Below, one piece after another: positions 55,593 through 64,000 of a DNA stretch of 64,000 bases. Every line of letters begins with the position of its first letter. The first letter of the stretch is position 1. The position numbers and the translations under genes are program-made. This stretch comes from Patescibacteria group bacterium (GTDB lineage: Bacteria; Patescibacteriota; Patescibacteriia; UBA9934). Under the pieces are notes generated by a model. That model saw nothing but the letters and a program-made list of their open reading frames with translations. It made no database searches and was not told the DNA's origin. Location of the stretch: the NCBI GenBank assembly GCA_049296775.1, contig JBAQTB010000001.1:224992-288991 (forward strand). The letters run 5' to 3'.

Positions 55593-58500
55593 ATGTTCCA
55601 GATCGGAAAATACAGCTTTAAACGAACACTCGCCAGAGTGCTACTGGTGGGTATTTGTGTTTTGCAAGGGTTGAGTGCGGTGACTCCGGTGAGTCCTGTC
55701 TTGGCTGCTTCGGCTCCAAATATTTTGAATTATCAAGGACGCGTTTTAAATGCGAATGGTATTCCAGTGACGGATACTTCCTTGACCATGATCTTTGAGT
55801 TTTACACCTCGTTGGCTGGTGGCACGTGTGTGTGGTCAAACAGTTCAGCGACTTGTGCATCAGCAACAGGCAAGGCTGTGACTTTGACGGATGGATTGTT
55901 TACCCAGAGTCTGGGTGACACAACGGACTCATTTGCGGCAATCGGTGATGATATTTTTGGAGATAACGCGGCTTTGTTTTTGCAGGTCACTATTGCTGGT
56001 GAAGTTTTAACGCCAAGAAAGCAGATGGTAGCCGCACCGTACGCTTTGAATTCTGAAACTTTGGATGGCTTGAATGCGGATACAGATGGAGCCACGAGTA
56101 GCGCGATCGTAGCTTTGAGTTCAGCAGGAAATGTTATTTTTACCGGTGATTCAACGGGCGCTACGGTTGATGCGGGTGTGGCGTATATCAATCCAGCTGC
56201 GGCTGGAGCTAATGAAACCTTGTTAGGAATTGGTGATAACGGAACGGAGAGATTTAGGATCGATAAAGAGGGGGACGTGTTTATTAAGTCGATTGAATTA
56301 GACGGTGTAGGTACGAACAACGTCACTTCTGGTGCTTCTCTGATAGGTACATTTAACGAATTTAGTTTGTCGGCGGGCACTACTGTTCAGGATGTTTTGG
56401 ACGATCTCGACCAGGCCATTGATGATATTGTAACGGGTGGAGCGGTTTCCAAATGGACTGATGATGGCACGTTTACGTATTTAACTTCCGTCACGGATGA
56501 CTTTGTGTTAGGTGACAGCACGATTGCTGGAGCTTCACTGTATTTCGATGTTGGTACTGGTCAGCTGGACCTTGGTACCGACGAAGCGCTAGGCGGTATT
56601 TTGCGCTTGTATAGCGTAACAGCTGCGACAGCTGATCCTACTTTAGCTGCGGATGCCAGTGGAAATTTGGATATTACGACTGCGACCGTAGAGATTTCTG
56701 GTGATTTAGAAGTGTCTGGTGGTGACATTACAACTGCGGCTGCGACCTTGAACTTGGCTGCGACGAACGCTACCACGGTCAACGCCTTCGCTGCGGCTAC
56801 GACGCTGAACATTAATGACGCCGCGGTTACCTCTACCATCGACATTGGTGGCGTGACATCGAGCGGTACGAACACCGTTAACATTGCGACTAACGCGACA
56901 GCTGCTGACGGTATTACCATCGGTAACAGTCACGCTTCGACAACTCTTGCTCTGACTGGAGGTGATGACTGGTCAATTGCAGCCACCGGCGTCATGACAT
57001 TGTCAGCTTCTGCTGCGGCAACTACCGCCATCGTCATCACTGACACCGATTACACCAACTCCTTGTCGATCGGCGACAACAACATTACCGGTACTACTTA
57101 CTCATTAATTGGTACGACATCAACGATTGACTTTACGAATTTTGACGTCGCCTCGACTGGAGCTATCACTGTCGCAGCTGGCACAGGGCTAGACACGAAC
57201 GGTGCTGGTGCTCTCGCCCTTGGTAACACGAATGCTACTTCAGTCTCAGTTTGTAACTCAGCCGCTTGTGACACGATTTCTATTGGTACCAACGCTGATG
57301 CTGACGCCATTACGATTGGTGACTCGAGCGACACTGTAATCATCAACGGTACGGCACTCTCTCTAGTTATCGGCGCTACCACCGTTGCTGGAGCTGAGAT
57401 CACTATCTTAGACGGTGGCATCGCTCTGTCAGAATTAACCGACTCCGGCACATTGACCGCTACTACTGTCGACATCAACGGAGGTGCCATTGATGGCACG
57501 GCCATTGGAGCTTCTTCGCCCTCAACCGGAGCCTTCACGACTCTGTCTAGCACTGGCGTCACGGCTCTCGGTAACAACTCGGCCACGGTCGCGATCAACT
57601 CCTCTGACTGGGACATCTCAGCTACGGGTGCTATGACAGGGATTGGGGCTATTACAGCTGATGGCTTGATCACTGGCTCAGCCGGCCTGACAGTTTCTGG
57701 CGGTAACATCACGACTTCAGCTGCTCAGATCCTAGGAGCTTCTCCATTTGTATTCGAAGGTGCGACTGATGATGATGTCACTACGACATTCGCCATTACT
57801 GATCCAACCGGAGCTAGAACGATCACTTTCCAGAACGCTTCAGGCACTGTCGCTTTCTTGACTGATACTGTTTCTCCGACACTGACAGATAACGTGGCTG
57901 ATGCGCTAGATATCCAAGAGGGCACTAACAACTACATCAACATTAATACTACGGATGCTTCAGAGAGCATCGCTTTTGGTAATGCCACGACTAACCCTAG
58001 TTTCTCTTTCTTGGGTAGTGGTACGGTGACCACTGCCGGAGACATCGCCCTGAACGGAGGAGATCTCACGAGTTCATCGGCGACCTTCAACCTGTTAGCT
58101 ACGGCCTCAACGACAGTCAACGCCTTCGCCGCTGCCACGACGCTTAACATTAATGACGCCGCGGTTACTTCTACCATCGACATTGGCGGTGTTACTTCTA
58201 GCGGCACTAACACCGTTAACATTGCGACTAATGCTACGGCCGCTGACGTGATTACCATCGGTAACAGTCACGTCTCGACGACTGTAGCTCTAACAGGTGG
58301 TGACGACTGGTCAATCGCTGCGACCGGTGTCATGACCCTGTCAGCTTCTGCTTCTGCGACAACTGCCATCGTCATTACTGACACCGACTACACCAACTCC
58401 TTGTCGATTGGCGATAACAACATTACCGGTACTACTTACTCACTGATTGGTACGACTTCTACCATCGACTTTACTAACTTTGACGTCGCCTCTACTGGAG

Positions 58501-61500
58501 CAATTACTGTCGCCGCCGGTACAGGCCTCGACACGAACGGTGCTGGTGCTCTAGCCCTCGGTAACACGAATGCTACTTCAGTCTCAGTGTGTAACTCAGC
58601 CGCTTGTGACACGATTTCTATCGGTACAAACACCGATGCTGACGCTATAAACATCGGTGACACTAATGACACCGTGACCATTAGCGGTACTTCACTGTCT
58701 CTAGTTATCGGCGCTACGACTGTCTCCGACGGTGAGATTACTATTCTTGATGGCGGCATCGCTCTCTCTGAACTGACTGACTCGGGCACTCTTACTGCTA
58801 CCACCGTCGACATCAACGGTGGCGCTATTGATGGTACTGCCATTGGTGCTAACTCTCCTTCATCTGGTGCCTTCACCACACTATCGAGTACTGGCGTCAC
58901 GGCTCTTGGTAATAACTCGGCTACAGTTGCGATTAACTCAAGTGACTGGGACATCTCAGCCACTGGAGCCATGACAGGGATTGGAGCTATTACTGCTGAT
59001 GGCTTGATCACTGGCTCAGCCGGCCTGACAGTTTCTGGCGGTAACATCACGACTTCAGCTGCTCAGATCCTGGGCGCTTCTCCATTTGTTTTTGAGGGCG
59101 CTACTGATGATGATGTAACTACTACTTTTGCGATTACTGATCCAACCGGAGCTAGAACGATCACTTTCCAGAACGCATCTGGCACTGTCGCTTTCTTAAC
59201 TGACACTCTGTCGTCGACATTAACAGATAACATCACTGACTCATTAGACATCCAAGAGGGTACTAACAATTACATCAACATTAATACTACGGATGCTTCC
59301 GAGAGCATCGCTTTTGGTAATGCCACCACTAACCCAAGTTTCTCGTTCCTTGGAAGCGGCACAGTTACTACTGCTGGAGACATCGCCCTGAACGGTGGCG
59401 ACTTAACGAGTTCATCCGCGACCTTCAACCTGTTAGCTACCGCTTCTACCACAGTTAACGCCTTCGCTGCGGCGACGACGCTTAACATTAACGATGCGGC
59501 GGTCACCTCTACCATCGACATTGGTGGCGTTGACTCGAGTGGCACTAACACGGTTAACATTGCGACTAACAGCACAGCAGCCGATGTAATTACGATCGGC
59601 AACACCAACGCCTCAACAACTCTCGCTCTGACTGGAGGTGATGACTGGTCAATTGCAGCAACGGGAGTCATGACTCTCTCTGCTAGCGCTGCCGCAACTA
59701 CAGCCATCGTCATTACTGACACCGACTACACCAACTCCTTGTCGATTGGCGATAACAACATTACCGGTACTACTTACTCACTGATCGGTACGACCTCGAC
59801 TATTAACTTCACTAACTTTGATGTCGCTTCAACTGGAGCTATTACTGTAGCGGCTGGTACAGGTTTAGACACTAATGGAGCCGGAGCCCTCGCACTCGGA
59901 AACACTAATGCTACCTCGGTCTCTGTCTGTAACTCAGCCGCTTGCGATACGATTAGTATTGGTACGAATGCTGATGCGGATGCCATTACGATCGGTGACT
60001 CGAGTGACACGGTGATCATTAACGGTACGGCACTCTCTCTCGTCATCGGAGCTACAACGGTCGCTGGAGCTGAGATCACTATCCTAGACGGTGGCATTGC
60101 TCTGTCCGAATTAACCGATTCTGGCACTCTGACTGCTACCACCGTCGACATCAATGGAGGTGCCATTGACGGCACGGCCATTGGCGCTGCTTCACCATCG
60201 ACGGGAGCTTTTACAACTTTATCGAGCACCGGTAACGTTACTTTGTCTAGTGCTCAGATCCTAGGAGCTTCTCCATTGGTATTCGAAGGAGTGACTGATG
60301 ACAACGTCACTACCACTTTTGCCATTACCGATCCAACCGGAGCTAGGACTATAACTTTTCAGAATGCGTCAGGTACAGTAGCTTTTCTAACGGATACCAT
60401 TTCTCCTACGCTGACGGATAACACTTCCGATGCTCTGGATATTCAGGAGGGAACGAATAATTACATCAACATTAATACCACCAATACCTCTGAGAATATT
60501 GCTTTTGGTAATGCCACCACCAACCCCAGCTTTTCTTTCCTGGGTAGTGGTACGGTGACCACTGCCGGAGACATCGCCCTGAACGGTGGCGACTTAACGA
60601 GCTCATCCGCAACTTTCAACCTGTTAGCTACGGCATCGACTACTGTCAACGCCTTCGCGGCTGCCACCACGCTTAACATTAATGACGCTGCAGTTACCTC
60701 GACCATCGACATCGGTGGTGTGACATCAAGTGGTACTAACACCATTAACATTGCGACTAACGCTACGGCCGCTGATGCTATCACGATTGGTAACACTCAC
60801 GTGGATACAGCTTTGGAGCTTAGAGGTGGTGATGACTGGTCGATTGCATCGAGTGGAGTTATGACTCTGTCAGCTAGTGCATCCGCGACTACAGCTATAG
60901 TCGTTACTGACACTGACTACACTAATGCTCTATCAATTGGAGACAATAACATCACGGGTACTACTTACTCATTAGTAGGTACAACAGCAACCATCAATTT
61001 TACCAACTTTGATCTATCCGGCACTGGAGACATTACGGTTGCTGCTAACGGTGGTCTGGATACGAATGGTGCTGGCTCATTGCTGTTAGGCGGAACTAAT
61101 GCCACCACTGTCTCAGTGTGTAACTCTGCCGCTTGCGATAATTTTAATCTTGCCACTAACGCTGATGCAGATATAATTTCAATTGGTGATTCAATGGATA
61201 GTCTAGCCTTATCATCAGCTAACTGGTCGATCACGACTGCTGGTTTGATTACGACTGCCGACGACCTCGCCTTGAACGGAGGGGATCTAACTAGCTCATC
61301 TGCCACCTTCAACTTGCTAGCTACTGCCTCGACCACCGTCAACGCCTTCGCCGCAGCCACGACACTCAACCTCAATGATGCAGCAGTGACGTCCACTATT
61401 CATATTGGTGGTGTGACTTCTAGCGGGACTAATACCGTGAATATCGCTACCAACGGTACAGCTGAAGATGAGATTAACATTGGTAATACTAATGCGGCTA

Positions 61501-64000
61501 CATCTTTGGAGCTGATTGGCGGTGATGATTGGTCGATTGCGAATACCGGAGTTATGACCCTGTCTACCAGCTCTACCCCCGCAACGGCGATTGTAGCTAC
61601 GGATACGGGTTACACTAATGCGCTCTCAATTGGAGATAACAATATTACCGGTACCACCTACTCATTGGTTGGTACTACGTCAACAATCGATTTTACTAAC
61701 TTTGACGTAGCCTCGACCGGAGCTATCACTGTCGCTGCGGGTACTGGACTAGACACTAACGGCGCAGGAGCTTTAGCTATCGGTAACACGAACGCTACTT
61801 CAGTCTCAGTCTGTAACTCAGCGGCTTGTGACACAATTACGATTGGTACTAACGCTGACGCCGATGCGATTACGATTGGTGACTCAAGTGATTCAGTATC
61901 AGCAGTTTCGGCTAACTGGTCGATTACGACGGCTGGTTTAATCACGACAGCCGACGATCTCGCCTTGAATGGAGGGGATCTCACTAGCTCATCCGCGACC
62001 TTTAACCTGCTTGCTACCGCCTCGACTACCGTTAACACCTTTGCCGCAGCCACTACGCTTAACATTAATGACGCTGCGGTTACTTCCACAATCGACATTG
62101 GAGGTGTTACCTCAAGCGGTACTAACACCGTCAACATTGCCACTAACTCGACTGCCGCTGATGTCATCACGATTGGTAACACGAATGCTTCGACCACTCT
62201 AGCTCTGACAGGTGGTGATGATTGGTCAATTGCAGCAACCGGTGTCATGACCCTGTCTGCTTCTGCTTCCGCGACAACCGCCATCGTTATCACGGACACC
62301 GATTACACCAACTCCTTGTCGATCGGCGACAATAACATCACCGGTACCACTTATTCACTGATTGGTACGACGTCAACGATTAATTTTACCAACTTTGACG
62401 TAGCCTCGACTGGAGCTATCACTGTCGCTGCGGGTACTGGACTAGACACAAATGGAGCTGGAGCATTGGCACTCGGTAACACTAACGCTACTTCAGTCTC
62501 AGTGTGTAACTCAGCTGCTTGTGACACGATTTCTATCGGTACCAATACAGACGCTGACGCTATAAGTATTGGTGATGCTAATGACACTTTGGCGATCGAT
62601 ACCTCGACGTGGTCAGTAACTACCGCTGGAGCTGCGTCATTTAGCACCCTTGCTACCAATAGCGATGTTAATTTCAACTTCACTACTGCCAGTAGTGGCA
62701 CGGAAAACTTCGTGATCGCCAGTACGCATGCGACTGACGCCACTTTGGTAGTCCAGCAAATTGGCATGACCAATACGGCCGCAGCCGACACCGGCACCAA
62801 TTACTTGCTCGCCCTAACTAATGAAAATGATGGCGGTGCTACCGGTACGCCTGATGCCTTATTGTTCATCTCCCAAGACGATACTAACGAAGCCGTGGCT
62901 AGCGGTATTCTTTTCGATGCTGCTGGCGGTGGCTTAACCACCGCGATCATGGCTACCGATGCACAAATTGATACCGCCCTCAGCGTGGGAGCTAATGACA
63001 TCGTGGGTACCACAGGTTTAATTAACTACACCAACTTCGATGTTGCCTCAACTGGGGCTATTACTGTCGCTGCAGGTACGGGGCTAGACACTAATGGCGC
63101 AGGCGCCCTCGCCCTTGGTAATACCAACGCTACTTCAGTCTCAGTCTGTAACTCTGCCGCCTGCGACACGTTTACGATTGGTACAAATACAGATGCCGAC
63201 GCTATCACCATCGGCGATACTAACGATACCCTCACCATCGGCGCCCTTACCTCAATCACCAACAACTCCGCGACCACATCCGAGGCAGTTACCATTACTA
63301 CTAATGGGCTTACATCGGGTAGATCGTTAATTGTGGCGAGTACAGGCGAAGCAGCGACAACGGGCACGGGAGCTCTTATTTATGTTAGTGGCACTAGAAC
63401 GTCTACCGGTACTATTTCCGGCCATGTTCTAGATGTTACGAGGCAAATGAATAATAGTTCAGGTGGTTTACTTTCTGTCACCGGAGATCTTCTGAGTATT
63501 TTAAGTAATAATTCCAATACTTCAGGCACTTTGACAGATTCTGCGACTTTGCTGAATGTCGAGCAAAGTAATACCGGCGCGACTGGCAGCGTTTTGAACA
63601 TTGGCAACAACGGCACTGGTTCCGCAATATTTGTTACTCAAGATAATGCTACTGGCACGACGGTTGACACGACTGCTGGTGGGGCTATTCATGTTGATAA
63701 TACCGGTAACGATAACTACGGACTCACGGTTTATAGCGATAATTCAGCAGCTTCGTCGCCTTTAGCTTACTTTTTCGCTGATCACACTACCTTTGCTAGT
63801 GATGTTGTTGCCATTCGGAATGATTCTTCCGCTTCTGCTTTGGTAATTACTCAAAATACTGTGGCGAATGCGACGGTGGGAGCGAATTCCCAAGCATTGG
63901 TGATTAATGTAAATGAAGCCGCAAACAGTGAGGAGGTGATTGTTATTATTTCAGATGCAGATGGGACGCCTGATTTAGAGTTTAGGTTCGAGAATGATGG
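55593..64000 (+). CDS. giant repetitive cell-surface fibre/adhesin-like protein (>2,800 aa within window; 3' end beyond window)
   Basis: ATG 2 nt after the upstream stop. Signal or TM segment FKRTLARVLLVGICVLQGLSAV. N-terminal domain with NILNYQGRVLNANGIPV...PRKQMVAAPYALNSETLDG. The frame is then uninterrupted to the window end, encoding Thr/Ala/Gly/Asn/Ser-rich repeats. Not in the ORF track because no stop codon occurs in-window. Confidence 0.8.
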   Translation, partial: MFQIGKYSFKRTLARVLLVGICVLQGLSAVTPVSPVLAASAPNILNYQGRVLNANGIPVTDTSLTMIFEFYTSLAGGTCVWSNSSATCASATGKAVTLTDGLFTQSLGDTTDSFAAIGDDIFGDNAALFLQVTIAGEVLTPRKQMVAAPYALNSETLDGLNADTDGATSSAIVALSSAGNVIFTGDSTGATVDAGVAYINPAAAGANETLLGIGDNGTERFRIDKEGDVFIKSIELDGVGTNNVTSGASLIGTFNEFSLSAGTTVQDVLDDLDQAIDDIVTGGAVSKWTDDGTFTYLTSVTDDFVLGDSTIAGASLYFDVGTGQLDLGTDEALGGILRLYSVTAATADPTLAADASGNLDITTATVEISGDLEVSGGDITTAAATLNLAATNATTVNAFAAATTLNINDAAVTSTIDIGGVTSSGTNTVNIATNATAADGITIGNSHASTTLALTGGDDWSIAATGVMTLSASAAATTAIVITDTDYTNSLSIGDNNITGTTYSLIGTTSTIDFTNFDVASTGAITVAAGTGLDTNGAGALALGNTNATSVSVCNSAACDTISIGTNADADAITIGDSSDTVIINGTALSLVIGATTVAGAEITILDGGIALSELTDSGTLTATTVDINGGAIDGTAIGASSPSTGAFTTLSSTGVTALGNNSATVAINSSDWDISATGAMTGIGAITADGLITGSAGLTVSGGNITTSAAQILGASPFVFEGATDDDVTTTFAITDPTGARTITFQNASGTVAFLTDTVSPTLTDNVADALDIQEGTNNYININTTDASESIAFGNATTNPSFSFLGSGTVTTAGDIALNGGDLTSSSATFNLLATASTTVNAFAAATTLNINDAAVTSTIDIGGVTSSGTNTVNIATNATAADVITIGNSHVSTTVALTGGDDWSIAATGVMTLSASASATTAIVITDTDYTNSLSIGDNNITGTTYSLIGTTSTIDFTNFDVASTGAITVAAGTGLDTNGAGALALGNTNATSVSVCNSAACDTISIGTNTDADAINIGDTNDTVTISGTSLSLVIGATTVSDGEITILDGGIALSELTDSGTLTATTVDINGGAIDGTAIGANSPSSGAFTTLSSTGVTALGNNSATVAINSSDWDISATGAMTGIGAITADGLITGSAGLTVSGGNITTSAAQILGASPFVFEGATDDDVTTTFAITDPTGARTITFQNASGTVAFLTDTLSSTLTDNITDSLDIQEGTNNYININTTDASESIAFGNATTNPSFSFLGSGTVTTAGDIALNGGDLTSSSATFNLLATASTTVNAFAAATTLNINDAAVTSTIDIGGVDSSGTNTVNIATNSTAADVITIGNTNASTTLALTGGDDWSIAATGVMTLSASAAATTAIVITDTDYTNSLSIGDNNITGTTYSLIGTTSTINFTNFDVASTGAITVAAGTGLDTNGAGALALGNTNATSVSVCNSAACDTISIGTNADADAITIGDSSDTVIINGTALSLVIGATTVAGAEITILDGGIALSELTDSGTLTATTVDINGGAIDGTAIGAASPSTGAFTTLSSTGNVTLSSAQILGASPLVFEGVTDDNVTTTFAITDPTGARTITFQNASGTVAFLTDTISPTLTDNTSDALDIQEGTNNYININTTNTSENIAFGNATTNPSFSFLGSGTVTTAGDIALNGGDLTSSSATFNLLATASTTVNAFAAATTLNINDAAVTSTIDIGGVTSSGTNTINIATNATAADAITIGNTHVDTALELRGGDDWSIASSGVMTLSASASATTAIVVTDTDYTNALSIGDNNITGTTYSLVGTTATINFTNFDLSGTGDITVAANGGLDTNGAGSLLLGGTNATTVSVCNSAACDNFNLATNADADIISIGDSMDSLALSSANWSITTAGLITTADDLALNGGDLTSSSATFNLLATASTTVNAFAAATTLNLNDAAVTSTIHIGGVTSSGTNTVNIATNGTAEDEINIGNTNAATSLELIGGDDWSIANTGVMTLSTSSTPATAIVATDTGYTNALSIGDNNITGTTYSLVGTTSTIDFTNFDVASTGAITVAAGTGLDTNGAGALAIGNTNATSVSVCNSAACDTITIGTNADADAITIGDSSDSVSAVSANWSITTAGLITTADDLALNGGDLTSSSATFNLLATASTTVNTFAAATTLNINDAAVTSTIDIGGVTSSGTNTVNIATNSTAADVITIGNTNASTTLALTGGDDWSIAATGVMTLSASASATTAIVITDTDYTNSLSIGDNNITGTTYSLIGTTSTINFTNFDVASTGAITVAAGTGLDTNGAGALALGNTNATSVSVCNSAACDTISIGTNTDADAISIGDANDTLAIDTSTWSVTTAGAASFSTLATNSDVNFNFTTASSGTENFVIASTHATDATLVVQQIGMTNTAAADTGTNYLLALTNENDGGATGTPDALLFISQDDTNEAVASGILFDAAGGGLTTAIMATDAQIDTALSVGANDIVGTTGLINYTNFDVASTGAITVAAGTGLDTNGAGALALGNTNATSVSVCNSAACDTFTIGTNTDADAITIGDTNDTLTIGALTSITNNSATTSEAVTITTNGLTSGRSLIVASTGEAATTGTGALIYVSGTRTSTGTISGHVLDVTRQMNNSSGGLLSVTGDLLSILSNNSNTSGTLTDSATLLNVEQSNTGATGSVLNIGNNGTGSAIFVTQDNATGTTVDTTAGGAIHVDNTGNDNYGLTVYSDNSAASSPLAYFFADHTTFASDVVAIRNDSSASALVITQNTVANATVGANSQALVINVNEAANSEEVIVIISDADGTPDLEFRFEND
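56746..63200 (+). repeat. tandem coding repeats inside the giant gene: three ~1,339-bp units (56746, 58086, 59425), then units of ~1,190, ~691, ~695 and ~650 bp; each carries the V-C-N-S-A-A-C-D motif
   Basis: Copies are about 85-90% identical at the nucleotide level, with differences concentrated at synonymous third positions. Confidence 0.8.

Noticed and set aside
55802-63616. About 18 minus-strand ORFs (68-213 aa, Ala/Val/Pro/Ser-rich; several nearly identical pairs such as 57098..57712 and 58436..59050)
   Set aside because: They are antisense shadows of the giant + strand repeat gene. They switch frame constantly and mirror the sense repeats. The + frame is continuous for more than 8.4 kb and starts with a signal peptide.
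1-64000. CRISPR arrays, rRNA genes, transposases / IS elements, prophage
   Set aside because: No short regularly spaced direct repeats with unique spacers were found. No rRNA-like conserved stretches, no DDE/HUH transposase or integrase-plus-capsid cluster. The only mobile-type marker is the lone ORF6N gene.

Overview
This 64 kb window is a chromosomal segment that spans the replication origin (rpmH-rnpA-yidD divergent from dnaA-dnaN, with DnaA-box clusters) and runs across to an accessory surface-protein locus. Gene content and style point to a small-genome, probably CPR/Patescibacteria-like bacterium: many small pilin-like membrane proteins, bifunctional PGI/PMI, weak Shine-Dalgarno usage and an abundance of secreted, low-complexity proteins. 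Housekeeping genes found are galU, a MerR regulator with a divergent MacB/FtsX-type ABC pair, a ferredoxin / FAD-reductase / cysteine-desulfurase / thioredoxin-like / VIT1 operon, PBP1A, a 3D-domain protein, dnaN, dnaA, rpmH (not in the ORF track), rnpA, yidD, a YggU-like protein, nfo, tig, an M23/LysM peptidase, comM/yifB, lspA, a DksA/TraR zinc-finger protein, pnp, a NYN-domain protein, rpsO, a Xer-type tyrosine recombinase, polA, holA, rpsT and rmuC. Five tRNAs are present: Ser-CGA, Cys-GCA, Arg-TCT, His-GTG and Arg-CCT. The parts that do not look ordinary are as follows. (1) At 51.3-64.0 kb and beyond, a same-strand operon of four secreted or membrane-anchored proteins ends in a giant open frame, over 2,800 codons and continuing past the window end. 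Its tandem ~1.34 kb recoded repeats encode a Thr/Ala/Gly/Asn-rich fibre-like protein, and the operon is preceded by three or four copies of a TTTCACGTGAAA palindrome. (2) Six tandem paralogous TrbC/VirB2-like 'T4SS-pilin' small membrane protein genes lie downstream of galU and a lipoprotein substrate-binding protein. (3) A GC-rich, probably horizontally acquired island at 1.9-5.9 kb encodes a membrane protein with a C-terminal cysteine-motif tandem repeat and two secreted proteins. (4) (Asp/Glu-Pro)n dipeptide-repeat linkers recur in three unrelated exported proteins. (5) Both minus-strand tRNAs (Ser and His) are followed at their 3' ends by tandem repeats carrying hairpins. (6) A promoter-to-terminator unit of about 350 nt with no convincing ORF lies between tRNA-His and polA and is a candidate structured ncRNA. 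No CRISPR array, rRNA, transposase or prophage structural genes were seen.
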